Source: Paraspadella gotoi (lineage: Eukaryota; Animalia; Chaetognatha). From it: a stretch of 64,000 bases of DNA. Below are positions 1 to 10,195 of the stretch, in pieces (the first letter of the stretch is position 1; each line of letters starts with the position of its first letter). Location: NCBI GenBank assembly GCA_051294375.1, contig CM119270.1:21810370-21874369 (forward strand), given 5' to 3'. The notes below the pieces were generated by a model. That model saw nothing but the letters and a program-made list of their open reading frames with translations, was not told the DNA's origin and made no database searches. Position numbers and translations under genes: made by a program.

Positions 1-626
1 AATATATTTCGGGCGACGACGAACATATCTTCACCTAAAATGACCCAAAAAAATATTAGAATTCATACAATTTATAAAATGCTTACAACCGCAATTATCG
101 ATCTGAATTCTTTTATATTATTTCTTCATTTGTTCAATTTTTATAATTTTTTTAGTATTAAACATTCGTTTTGATTCGTTTCTGACTCCGCGTTTTTGCT
201 GTTTTTTTTTCTGTTTTCTTGTTTTGTCTTAAATCAAGAAATTCGTGCGATGTCAACGGAGNNNNNNNNNNNNNNNNNNNNNNNNNGAGTGGAGAGAGGA
301 GAGGAGAGATGAGGACGAGGAGGAGAGGGAGCGAGGGAGAGTGGGAGAGTGGAGATGGAGAGGAAGAGTCAAAGCTGAAGTGGGGGTGGGCAAAAAGAGA
401 AATACGTTATTAACAACATTATACTTATTGAAATTTTTATAAGTTTCCAAATCACACAATAGTAGACAATTTAAAAAAAGGTTTTGTTAAAATTTCATCC
501 CACCACATTGTTAAAAAAACAATTTCTAAGGAAGTAGATAAATAAGACTGTGAGCAAAAAAAAAGAGAAATAGAGAGAGAGACGAATGTAAAAATAAGTT
601 AAGGGCTGCAGATCTGGGTAAGTTTT

Positions 627-1040
627 AACAAGAATGGTGATTCCAATGTGTTGCGCAGCAGTGACTTTATTTTCACGTGTATTTCCCTTTCATCACATGA
701 TATGACATGACATGACTAAAAACTTTTTTTGCCCTTGTATTTATGACATGCACTGCATCGAAATTCCGTCTTTTATTCCTTATAGTTTTAGGATTTCCTA
801 AAGGAGGCGCTAGCAGTCCCTTAGTCTTAACAAATGAGCAACCAACTATAGGAGAATTATATACATTTTTAACGTATGTGGGACAGACAGACGGACAGAC
901 AGACGGACAGACCGACCCACAGACCTACCCACAGACCGACCCACAGACCGACCCACAGACCGACCCACAGACCAACCCACAGACCGACCAAAAAGTGTTT
1001 ATAGAGTTGCTCCGCGAGTAATCGCGTCACAACGAAAAAT
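627..1040 (+). mobile_element. Helentron-associated (HINE/DINE-1-like) non-autonomous element
   Basis: Starts AACAAG after a T-run. Carries a (GACA/GACG/GACC)-type 12-bp microsatellite at ~881-990. Ends TATAGAGTTG...CGCGA-GTAA-TCGCG...CAAC-GAAAAAT, i.e. a subterminal stem-loop plus A-tract, which is the architecture of DINE-1/HINE elements. Single copy in window. Confidence 0.5.
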
Positions 1041-4000
1041 AAGGGGGAAAGAGGAGAGAGTGACGAAGAGTTACGGGTTCAGGAAGGGTTATGGGGTCTG
1101 GAAGGGTTATGGGGTCTGGAAGGGTTATGGGGTCAAGGGGGCGAAGTCTCTAGGGACATTAGAATGACAACGCGCAGATTAATGTGTGGGTTTGGGTCAT
1201 CGAAAGAGAACCCAAGGTAGAAGGATGTGAAGAGGGGAAAAGGAGAGAGAAGAGGGGAGATAGGGAAGGAGAGAGAGAAGAGAGAAGAGAGTGAGAGATG
1301 AGGAGAGGGAGGAGAGGAAGGAGAGAGCGAGAAGAGAGAGAGAGAGGAGTGAGGAGGGGGAGATGAGGATGCTGAGTGAGAGATGGGAGAACTAAAGAAG
1401 AAGGAGAAAGGTAAAGAACGGAAAAGAAGAACGAAAGTAGTAACAAGGAAAAAGAAAGGTAAGAACAATAAAAATGGAATAGAACCAAAAAAAAAAAAAT
1501 TAAAATTATTGTGGGAAAGGGGAAGAAAAAGGAAGAAAGAAAGAAAAAAAAATAAGAAAAGAAAGGAAAAGGAGAAAGAAAGAGAAGAAAGGTTTTTAAA
1601 GACTATGAACAAAGGCCCCCCCCCCACAAAACGGAGAAGGAGAGAGGAAGAGAGGAGGAGAGAGGGGAGATTGGGAGGGTTATTGAATGGGGAAAACAAA
1701 CACAACAATAATAACAACGACAACGACAAACCTGGAGAGGGAGTGACGAGGAGAGAAAAAACAGGGGGAAAACAAAAGAACACAAGAAGGCGGAAGGAAT
1801 TTAAGCGGAGAAGCAGAGGTAACTTGAAGTTATATAACTGAAGTTAATGGAAGTTATTAAACTGGAATGATAATGAAGTTATTAAAACTGAAGGTCAGAT
1901 AGTATTTATTTAAACTAAACGTGAATTATCGTTATTGAAGTCATTGAATTAATAAGAGTGGAAGGTCACCGAAAAGTTTCCCAAAATTAAAATATACATA
2001 CTTGGAACAGAAGGATATTAATTAATTAACTGACTGAATAACTGAATAATACGATTCAAGTAATTAAAGTTATGATTTATGAACAGAAGTACAAACTGCG
2101 TTTGAAAATGTAAATCTTTAGAGAACCAAGGAACCTAAACGCAGGTGGGGTGTGACACAATTTTCAAAAGTATTTCCGGTGAAATTATGCAAAAATAATA
2201 AATTAATTCACAAATTTTTGAGGAGGAAGAAAACCGCGCGGAATGATGAAATTAAAAAAAAAAAAGGACATCGGTTTTGAACGAAAAATTACATTTTTGT
2301 GGCGAAAATTAATACTTATAAACTTTTTTTTAAATATTTAAAAAAATATAGATCGACTTAAATTTCGTGGCGACTATTTCTTTTCTGTTCGAAAAACGAA
2401 AAATTATGATTCGGGTGAAACTGAGGTGAAGTTAATTTGACATTTTACTGCTTAGGAATTATTAGTCACAAATTATTTTAATATTTTGGCGGGAAAAATA
2501 GAAAAATTTGTTTTGNNNNNNNNNNNNNNNNNNNNNNNNNNNNNNNNNNNNNNNNNNNNNNNNNNNNNNNNNNNNNNNNNNNNNNNNNNNNNNNNNNNNN
2601 NNNNNNNNNNNNNNNNNNNNNNNNNNNNNNNNNNNNNNNNNNNNNNNNNNNNNNNNNNNNNNNNNNNNNNNNNNNNNNNNNNNNNNNNNNNNNNNNNNNN
2701 NNNNNNNNNNNNNNNNNNNNNNNNNNNNNNNNNNNNNNNNNNNNNNNNNNNNNNNNNNNNNNNNCAGGGGGGAGAGTGAAAGAGGAAAAAAAAGTTTTAA
2801 ATTGGATTTAGTTTTTAACCAAATTAAGGATTAATAATGTTTTAAAAAGAGCAAGAAAGGGTTTTCTGTCGTTAAGGAGATTTAAATACACTAAGTTCTA
2901 AGATTATTATTATATATCGTTTTAGGTTTTTGTCCCGTGAGCTTTCAGTCAAAAAAATTATAATCTTGAGTGTTTTGGGTTTGTACTCGAGTGTCGTGTG
3001 GGTGAGAGAGAGAGAGANNNNNNNNNNNNNNNNNNNNNNNNNNNNNNNNNNNNNNNNNNNNNNNNNNNNNNNNNNNNNNNNNNNNNNNNNNNNNNNNNNN
3101 NNNNNNNNNNNNNNNNNNNNNNNNNNNNNNNNNNNNNNNNNNNNNNNNNNNNNNNNNNNNNNNNNNNNNNNNNNNNNAGAATGCGGAAATGAGGGAAAAA
3201 AGTTCCGTTAAATGATTGACGAAAATTTGACGCGAGTAAATCTTTTTGTTAATTGTATATTGTAAACTTGTAAACTCAGTTCGGTTCTATAATTTAAATT
3301 AATGAAAAATATGTTACAATGTTGAAAGTTAAAATGTCTAACCATTAAAATTAAATATTCGCCGAATGTCTTTGTTTAAAAAAAAAGAAGTAAAACAGCT
3401 GAGCTGAATAATTACGAAAACTTTTTTTGAGTCTCTTACTTTCTCTTTTCTCAATTGTGCTTTTTTTTCTTTCTAATTGTTTCTTTTTTTTTTCAGTTTC
3501 GTCTGACCTTTTAAGGGAAAAAAAAAGAAAACTGGTGAGACCGACAAATAACCGAACAGAAAAAACCGACGAGCGGCCGACAAAAACATTAAAAGCGATA
3601 ATAAAATTAATTCNNNNNNNNNNNNNNNNNNNNNNNNNNNNNNNNNNNNNNNNNNNNNNNNNNNNNNNNNNNNNNNNNNNNNNNNNNNNNNNNNNNNNNN
3701 NNNNNNNNNNNNNNNNNNNNNNNNNNNNNNNNNNNNNNNNNNNNNNNNNNNNNNNNNNNNNNNNNNNNNNNNNNNNNNNNNNNNNNNNNNNNNNNNNNNN
3801 NNNNNNNNNNNNNNNNNNNNNNNNNNNNNNNNNNNNNNNNNNNNNNNNNNNNNNNNNNNNNNNNNNNNNNNNNNNNNNNNNNNNNNNNNNNNNNNNNNNN
3901 NNNNNNNNNNNNNNNNNNNNNNNNNNNNNNNNNNNNNNNNNNNNNNNNNNNNNNNNNNNNNNNNNNNNNNNNNNNNNNNNNNNNNNNNNNNNNNNNNNNN

Positions 4001-4471
4001 NNNNNNNNNNNNNNNNNNNNNNNNNNNNNNNNNNNNNNNNNNNNNNNNNNNNNNNNNNNNNNNNNNNNNNNNNNNNNNNNNNNNNNNNNNNNNNNNNNNN
4101 NNNNNNNNNNNNNNNNNNNNNNNNNNNNNNNNNNNNNNNNNNNNNNNNNNNNNNNNNNNNNNNNNNNNNNNNNNNNNNNNNNNNNNNNNNNNNNNNNNNN
4201 NNNNNNNNNNNNNNNNNNNNNNNNNNNNNGAGAGAGAGACTGAGACGACAGATGAAAAGCAAACAGGACGAAGCGACTTTTGTAAATAGAAGACAAGAAA
4301 AAAAAGAAAAAAAAAGAAAAAAAGAAAAAACCCGCAGCCATAAAACGATTCTTCCATGAAGCGAATTTTTTCCATGAGAGGCTCGAACGTTCCGCCACAT
4401 TCACATATCCACTCTCTCTCTGTCGCATCCCATTCTACCCCTATGCCACCGCCAGGACTGTGGAAAATCGT

Positions 4472-4710
4472 AGACTACTATTCGGGTCCCCTCAGCAGCA
4501 CTTGAACGGGTCCTGGGCTAGGAACTAGGCTTGAGGGTTTCCGCGTCTCCAAGTCGGTCTACGGCCGTCCTCACGCTTCCCGCAGAATAGGTACAATTGG
4601 GGATCGATCCCGGAACCTAATGATCATGAGCTGACGGTATTAGTCAATAAGCCACCGGGTGTCGTGGTGAAAGACCGGGTTAACTTCTTCCAATGCTTGA
4701 CCTACAATCT
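4472..4710 (-). mobile_element. tRNA(Met)-like SINE-type element, short form
   Basis: Minus strand has A-box-like TGGCTTATTGACT, CTCATGA anticodon-loop-like motif and B-box-like GGATCGATCCC. Colinear similarity to 31132-31410 and 61915-62434. Confidence 0.65.
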
Positions 4711-4714
4711 ACCT

Positions 4715-4975
4715 TTCTTGCACCCTTCTCTGTTCACTCTTCCTCTCTTGCACCCTTTTCTGTTCACTCTTCCTTTCTTGCACCCTTTTCCGTTCACTCT
4801 TCCTCTCTTGTACCCTTCTCTGTTCACTCTGTCTCTCTTGCACCCTTCTCTGTTCACTCTGTCTCTCTTCCACCCTTCTCTGTTCACTCTGTCTCTCTTG
4901 CACCTTTCTCTGTTCACTCTGTCTCTCCTGAACCCTTCTCTGTTCACTCTGTCTCTCTTGCACCTTTCTCTCTTT
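4715..4975. repeat. 30-bp tandem repeat (TCTCTTGCACCCTTCTCTGTTCACTCTGTC), ~8-9 copies
   Basis: Visible 30-nt periodicity. It produces spurious repetitive ORFs in several frames. Confidence 0.9.
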
Positions 4976-5224
4976 CCCTTTCCACCCTTTAATCTTTCAG
5001 TCTTCTTCATCACCCACTGGACCTTCTCTGTCTCACTCTCACCCCCTTGCACTCCTCTCTTTACCCCATCGACACCCCCACTCCCCCTTTCCCTCCCCGC
5101 ACGAGGGGATACGAGGCGCGTGCGAGTTTCGTCTCGTCGTTGTTGTTGTCGTTGTTGTCGTCGGTTGTATCGACGGATGCATGGATTCGATTCGATTCGC
5201 ATTTTCCCGCGATTGAGGTGAGGA

Positions 5225-5625
5225 TTGGTGAGGTTTAATAAGGGTCGGGTCAGGTCAACAGAGGTCGGGTGGGGTCAAGTAAGGTCGGGTTAAGTCAACC
5301 AAGGGCTGGTGAGGTTTAATAACGGTCGTGTCAGCGTCAACAGAGTCGGGTGGGGTCAAGTAAGGTCGGGTTACAGTCAACCAAGGTACTGGTGAGGTTT
5401 AATAAGGTCGGGTCATGGTCAAAGAGGTCGGGTGGGGTCAAGTAGTCGGGTTGGTGTAAGTAATCAACCAAGGGCTGATGTGAGGTGATTTAATAAGGAG
5501 TCGGCGTTCACGTCAACAGAGGTCGGTGGGGTCAATTAAGGTCGGGTTAGGTCGACCAAGGTATGGTGAGGTTTAATTAGGGTCGGGTCAATTCAACTGA
5601 GTTCGGGTGGGGTAAATTAAGGTCG
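5225..5625. repeat. ~80-bp tandem repeat (about 5 units) built from 10-bp AGGTCG/AGGTCA-containing subunits
   Basis: GGTGAGGTTTAAT recurs at ~5228, 5308, 5391, ~5480 and 5565. Confidence 0.8.
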
Positions 5626-5674
5626 CTTATGGTTAAAAATGGTCAAATAAGGTCGATTATGTGCCACAAACCAA

Positions 5675-5757
5675 CATAGTCCTTTCAAAGCCAGGGTCAA
5701 AATATCTTATTAATATTTAATGAATCAATAATTTTGATATTGGTTTGACGAATTTCA
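5675..5757 (+). repeat. ~85-bp dispersed repeat, diverged copy
   Basis: Aligns by eye to 7358-7434, 18283-18364 and 24516-24599. Confidence 0.6.
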
Positions 5758-6232
5758 AGAGGCCAAAAAAAGTTGGCCTCTGGTTTTCCTCCGCCATTTT
5801 GGCCTTTAGTCGGCCTCCAGTCTCCGCCACTCGGCCTTCAGTCCTTCGTTGCCCCCAAAAATAACCTAAAGTTGTTGTCGTCGTTTTTCCCCGAAGGCGG
5901 AGAACGATCGATCATTTCTTAGAAATCGTTTTCCCTTCTAAAAATAGACGCAATATAAATCCCGACGACGACTTTTTTTTCGGTGAGATGAAGAAGAGTC
6001 ACAGTCTCTCGTTTTATTTACTCTTTCACGCTCTCTCGCTCTCACTAACGCTTCACGGGCATTGGGACCCCGGGGCTGTCTCTCTCTCTCTCTCTCTCTT
6101 TCTCTCTCCCTCTCTCTTTCTCTTTTCGAGTGTCTCTGTCTCTTTCTCTCAACCTTTCTTTTCCTCTCTTTTCATATCCTTTCTTTTTTTATTTTTTCTC
6201 TCCCCCTTTCGCCCTAGTCCCTAGCACACATT

Positions 6233-6355
<123 letters not shown>

Positions 6356-7357
6356 CCTCTCGTATACGCGATGTGGCGTTAACTCTTGATGTGACGTTAG
6401 GGACTCACGAGAGAAGAAGAGACTTGGGTGAACGAAAAATCATTACTTCGCCAGAAAAAATGGTGAGGGACGAGAGTGTGGGTAAAAGTGTGGGTGAAAG
6501 TGTGGGTGAAAGTGTGAGTGAGAGTGTGGACATAGTGTGGGTAAAAAAGTGGGTGAGGGTGTGGGGATTAGAGTAATGTAAAAATAATAAAATTTCCTAT
6601 AATCAAAATTAAGAACATGAAATTGAAAATCAAAATCAAAAAGTTGATACAAGAAAGTATAATTCTTTTTTTTTTAAATTTTTTAATAAGTTTATCAAAA
6701 ATTTAGAGAACTATATTTGAGATACCGATATTTAATTTCCAGCTTAAAAAATAGTTTGTTTGAAATTTTAATAACCTACTTATATATTTTCTTCGATCAA
6801 CTTACACATAAAATTAGCTGACTGTGTTATTATATTAATAATAAAAGAAAAAAATACGGATTAGTATTTTTTATAAAATAAAATATAATTGGTAAATTTT
6901 GATTCCAAAGTTTCACTTCATCCTAGTGGGAATGTGGGTCTAAGGGTTTGAGTGAATAAGTTCCTAGTTTATTGGGAATTCGATGGTTTTAACGGGGCTT
7001 CTGTTGACGCTCGCGGTGGCCGGAATGACAGCTGGTAATAATATGACGAGTGGGATGAGAGCCGGAGATACGGCGTTGGCAAAGAAAAGGGAACTTTATG
7101 TCACTATTGTTAACTGTCTCTCTATTTTGATAACATACAATTCCATAGTAATACCACATAAATTACGAAAAATGATTTGTTATCGACTTTTCAAACTTTT
7201 CAACTTTGAATATACATTTGTTTAGATATCATTGATTGATTGATCTCCTGCGATGAAATATTTATAAATAAACTAATAATTGAAAATCACATTGTATTTT
7301 GTTGCTGGGCGGAGTACAATAAAATATTCCCCGATCTGATACCACCAAAGTACCCAA

Positions 7358-7434
7358 TCCTGTTCAAAGTCAGGGGCAAGATAGCTTATTTATTAAATGA
7401 ATGGATAATTTTTATATTGGTTGTACCAATTTCA
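7358..7434 (+). repeat. ~85-bp dispersed repeat (…CAAAGTCAGGGGCAAGATAGCTTATTTATTAAATGAATGGATAATTTTTATATTGGTTGTACCAATTTCA)
   Basis: Related copies at 5675, 18283, 23592(-), 24516, plus a truncated copy at 31484. Confidence 0.75.
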
Positions 7435-8009
7435 TTAAATAAATCAGCCCTGTTCATTTGTTTTCTTTGTCTGTATAAAGCGCTGCAGTGAGACAGCATA
7501 AAACAAAGTTAATCTTTTGTTTGAATCACAAGAAAAGAAAATAACAGTAGTAAAAATATAACAACTAAACATTGTTTATTAAACAAGTATTTATTTTGTT
7601 ATTCTTCCAGCCAAATTTCTTCAAAATTTCGAAATGAATGTAATTTTTTTTTTAAATTCTATTTCGAAAAGTTTGAAAATAAATTATCAATTGTCTATAA
7701 ATTATAACCGAGCACGAACATATGTTCCAATTTAATTTTTTGTAATCTTATTGCTAATAATTTTTAAACAAACTTACCGACTTTTCGGTTTCTTTCCGTT
7801 AGCTAATTTTAAATAGTTGTAAAAGAATAACAGAATAACTATCACCAACTCTAAAATTAGAAGTTATAAAACCGAGACCTTATATCTGAACTCGGCCTTA
7901 GAATCCAATACAATCTATATTCTCCGTTTTTAATTGCGTTCTTGTCATCGTCATCGTCTTCATTCTCATCATCGTCATCATCTAACCGACGGGCGCGACG
8001 ACAAGCGTC

Positions 8010-8194
8010 TCTGCCCGCCACATTTACCCGCCAAATTGAACAGAATAAACTTAAAACCTAAGAAAGGAAGACGCCGACAGGGGAAACGGCGATGCAGCGC
8101 CGAAGCGGGCAGCGGCGGCGACGCAGCGGGGCAGAGAGTGGCAGCTCGAAGCTGCTGCAGCCAACCACAACCGAAGTGCAGAGAAAGAGATAAG

Positions 8195-8236
<42 letters not shown>

Positions 8237-8480
8237 AGAAATGATTGCACTGTCTCGCTCTCGCTCTGTCTCGCTGCTGCTTCCTCTGCGCTCTCGAAGC
8301 GTGGGTTATCATCGTATTCGTGTCGGATCTCTCTCTCTCTCTCTCTCCCTCTTTCTCTCTCTGTCTTCGTTTAACTCGAATTCCAACGGTCGCTTTTATT
8401 TCTCCGTCAGCCATTGTCCATTCTCGAATCTTCTTTCAACACCTGCTCATTATTTTTCTCCTTTTTTTAAGCGTCAAAAA
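8010..8480. promoter_or_regulatory. Probable H2A.Z promoter/5' region
   Basis: GC-rich island directly upstream of the H2A.Z ATG, with E2F-like CCCGCCA(C/A)A motifs at ~8014-8034 and (GA)n followed by (CT)n tracts. Acceptor-like pyrimidine+AG sites at 8410 and 8471. Confidence 0.35.
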
Positions 8481-8510
8481 CTTACCTTTTATAACTTACC
8501 AAAACTCACG

Positions 8511-8674
8511 ATGGCCGGAGGAAAGGCTGGTAAGGATTCTGGGAAGATGAAGGCGAAGGCGGTGTCGAGGTCGGCCAAGTCTGGCCTCCAATTCCCCGTC
8601 GGCCGAATTCACCGACATCTCAAATCTCGGACGACGTCTCACGGACGCATTGGGGCCACGGCCGCCGTCTACAG
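8511..8674 (+). CDS. H2A.Z: Histone H2A.Z (H2A.V), coding exon 1
   Basis: [54 protein letters not shown] is the H2A.Z-specific N-terminus. Ends AG|GTAACA (phase 2). Confidence 0.97.
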
Positions 8675-9165
8675 GTAACATCCAAGTGACGAACATTTTT
8701 AGCGAGAGTAAAATTATTATGATGTTGCTTGTTGTTAGAACCAAAGCTATAATTTACTTAGCTATAACTTAGTTTAATATTAATATTTTGAAGCGCTCTA
8801 ACTACTACTATTTACATTATTAATATAAATAAAAGCCTAAATCTGTGGCGCAATTTGAAAAAATGGTATTTAATTTGCCTAATTCTTGTCTAATGCTGAC
8901 TATTTATCTAACTATGATTCGTGTATTAAAGAATTAATTTACTTGTCATTTAAAGTATTATTTAAAAAAGTGAGATTAGTTTTCCATTTTGATTTTTTAA
9001 ACAATTATTGTTCTTCGAACTTTTGCTTTGGTTTTGGCAGTTATATTTCAATTAATTAATTAATTAACAAACCGACGATAACTGACTTTTACCGTCCGAT
9101 TAGTCTGCATTAAACATTTAGTTAGCTAATTCAAATTTACTCTAACTATTACCATTACTCCTTAG

Positions 9166-9286
9166 CGCGGCCATTTTGGAGTACCTTACGGCTGAAGTCC
9201 TTGAGTTGGCGGGTAACGCGTCAAAGGATCTCAAAGTCAAACGTATCACGCCGAGGCATCTGCAGCTCGCCATCCGTGGCGACGAG
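9166..9286 (+). CDS. H2A.Z: Histone H2A.Z, coding exon 2
   Basis: Bounded by CTTAG|C and GAG|GTCAGT. Encodes (S)[40 protein letters not shown]. Confidence 0.97.
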
Positions 9287-9519
9287 GTCAGTCATTAGTC
9301 ATTAGTAAATTCTCTCATTAAAATTAGTTTATGAAAGTTTTTTTTCCTTTTTTAATGCAATGTATGTTAAACTAGGATGGTTTATAAAATATTCTTTACT
9401 TATTTCGAGTTTTAAATTAAGGACAGCTCAAAAGAAAATATTTTGAATTATTTATAACGAATTATTTTTATCAAGAACAACAATTCATACTTTTTTATTT
9501 ACTTTATTAAATTTCTAAG

Positions 9520-9627
9520 GAATTGGACAGCCTGATTAAGGCTACGATCGCTGGCGGCGGCGTGATTCCTCATATTCACAAATCACTCATCGGCAAAAAG
9601 ACGGGACCCGAGCACGGACCCATGTAG
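9520..9627 (+). CDS. H2A.Z: Histone H2A.Z, coding exon 3 (spliced CDS 393 nt, 130 aa)
   Basis: Acceptor TTCTAAG|GAA. Encodes [35 protein letters not shown]. Phases are consistent with exons 1-2. Confidence 0.96.
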   Translation, partial: ELDSLIKATIAGGGVIPHIHKSLIGKKTGPEHGPM

Positions 9628-10080
9628 GTCCGTCCTCTGAACCAGGACTCCCTAAAAAAAAAACTTTGATATATATCGTATGTCCTAGTGTATATTTCCT
9701 GTAAGGGACTCGTTATCATTAGGGGAAACATAAACCACCTGAAATCTTCTTCATTCAATGTCAAGACTTAGATTTCTCTCACGATTGGTTTTTCATCTTG
9801 TATCATAAACGTTAAAAAACATTTCTTTTTATTATCGTTCATCTTTTTCCCTCCTCTCACGGTGCATTCCTCCGTTGTTAAAACTTGCTGTTATATAGCG
9901 AGAAATTCTGTTTTATAACAAAACAAAATATATTCTCTTGTTTTTGCGTCGTAATCCAATTTGTTGTCTTAAGACGCTAGTTATAATTATTCGTTTTGGT
10001 GTCTTGAGTTGAAGTATGAAACATAAAAAAAAAAATCCCGCAAAAATGAGACACTTCATTTGCTATTTCCAAATTTACAA

Positions 10081-10101
10081 ATTTGCATTTTTTTTTAGCA
10101 G
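10081..10101 (+). promoter_or_regulatory. Splice acceptor (poly-T + TAG/CAG, NAGNAG) ~95 nt upstream of hnRNP M ATG
   Basis: ATTTGCATTTTTTTTTAGCAG. Could be a cis 5'UTR-intron acceptor or a trans-splice acceptor. Confidence 0.55.
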
Positions 10102-10195
10102 TGAAAACGATATATTAGCTTTGGTCTTATCCAAACTTTTGAAAATTGTTATAAAAAAAAGATATTTCGACGGAAAAAAAAAATTTGAAAAAAAA

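Noticed and set aside
1133-1841. Long Leu/Ser/Phe- or Arg/Glu/Lys-rich ORFs (also 26572-27609, 42357-43625, 56277-57698 and many SLSLSL/RERERE ORFs)
   Set aside because: These are translations of polypurine/polypyrimidine microsatellite tracts that lack stop codons by composition.
2486-4428. ORFs running through N gaps
   Set aside because: They are open only because N codons contain no stops.
6983-7034. Signal-peptide-like mini exon MVLTGLLLTLAVAGMTA|G with GTAATA donor
   Set aside because: No downstream exon is identifiable before H2A.Z, so the support is too weak.
10016-10195. 60-aa N-terminal extension of the hnRNP M ORF
   Set aside because: AT-rich with homopolymer runs and a splice acceptor inside. 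Family similarity and coding-like composition begin at the ATG at 10196.
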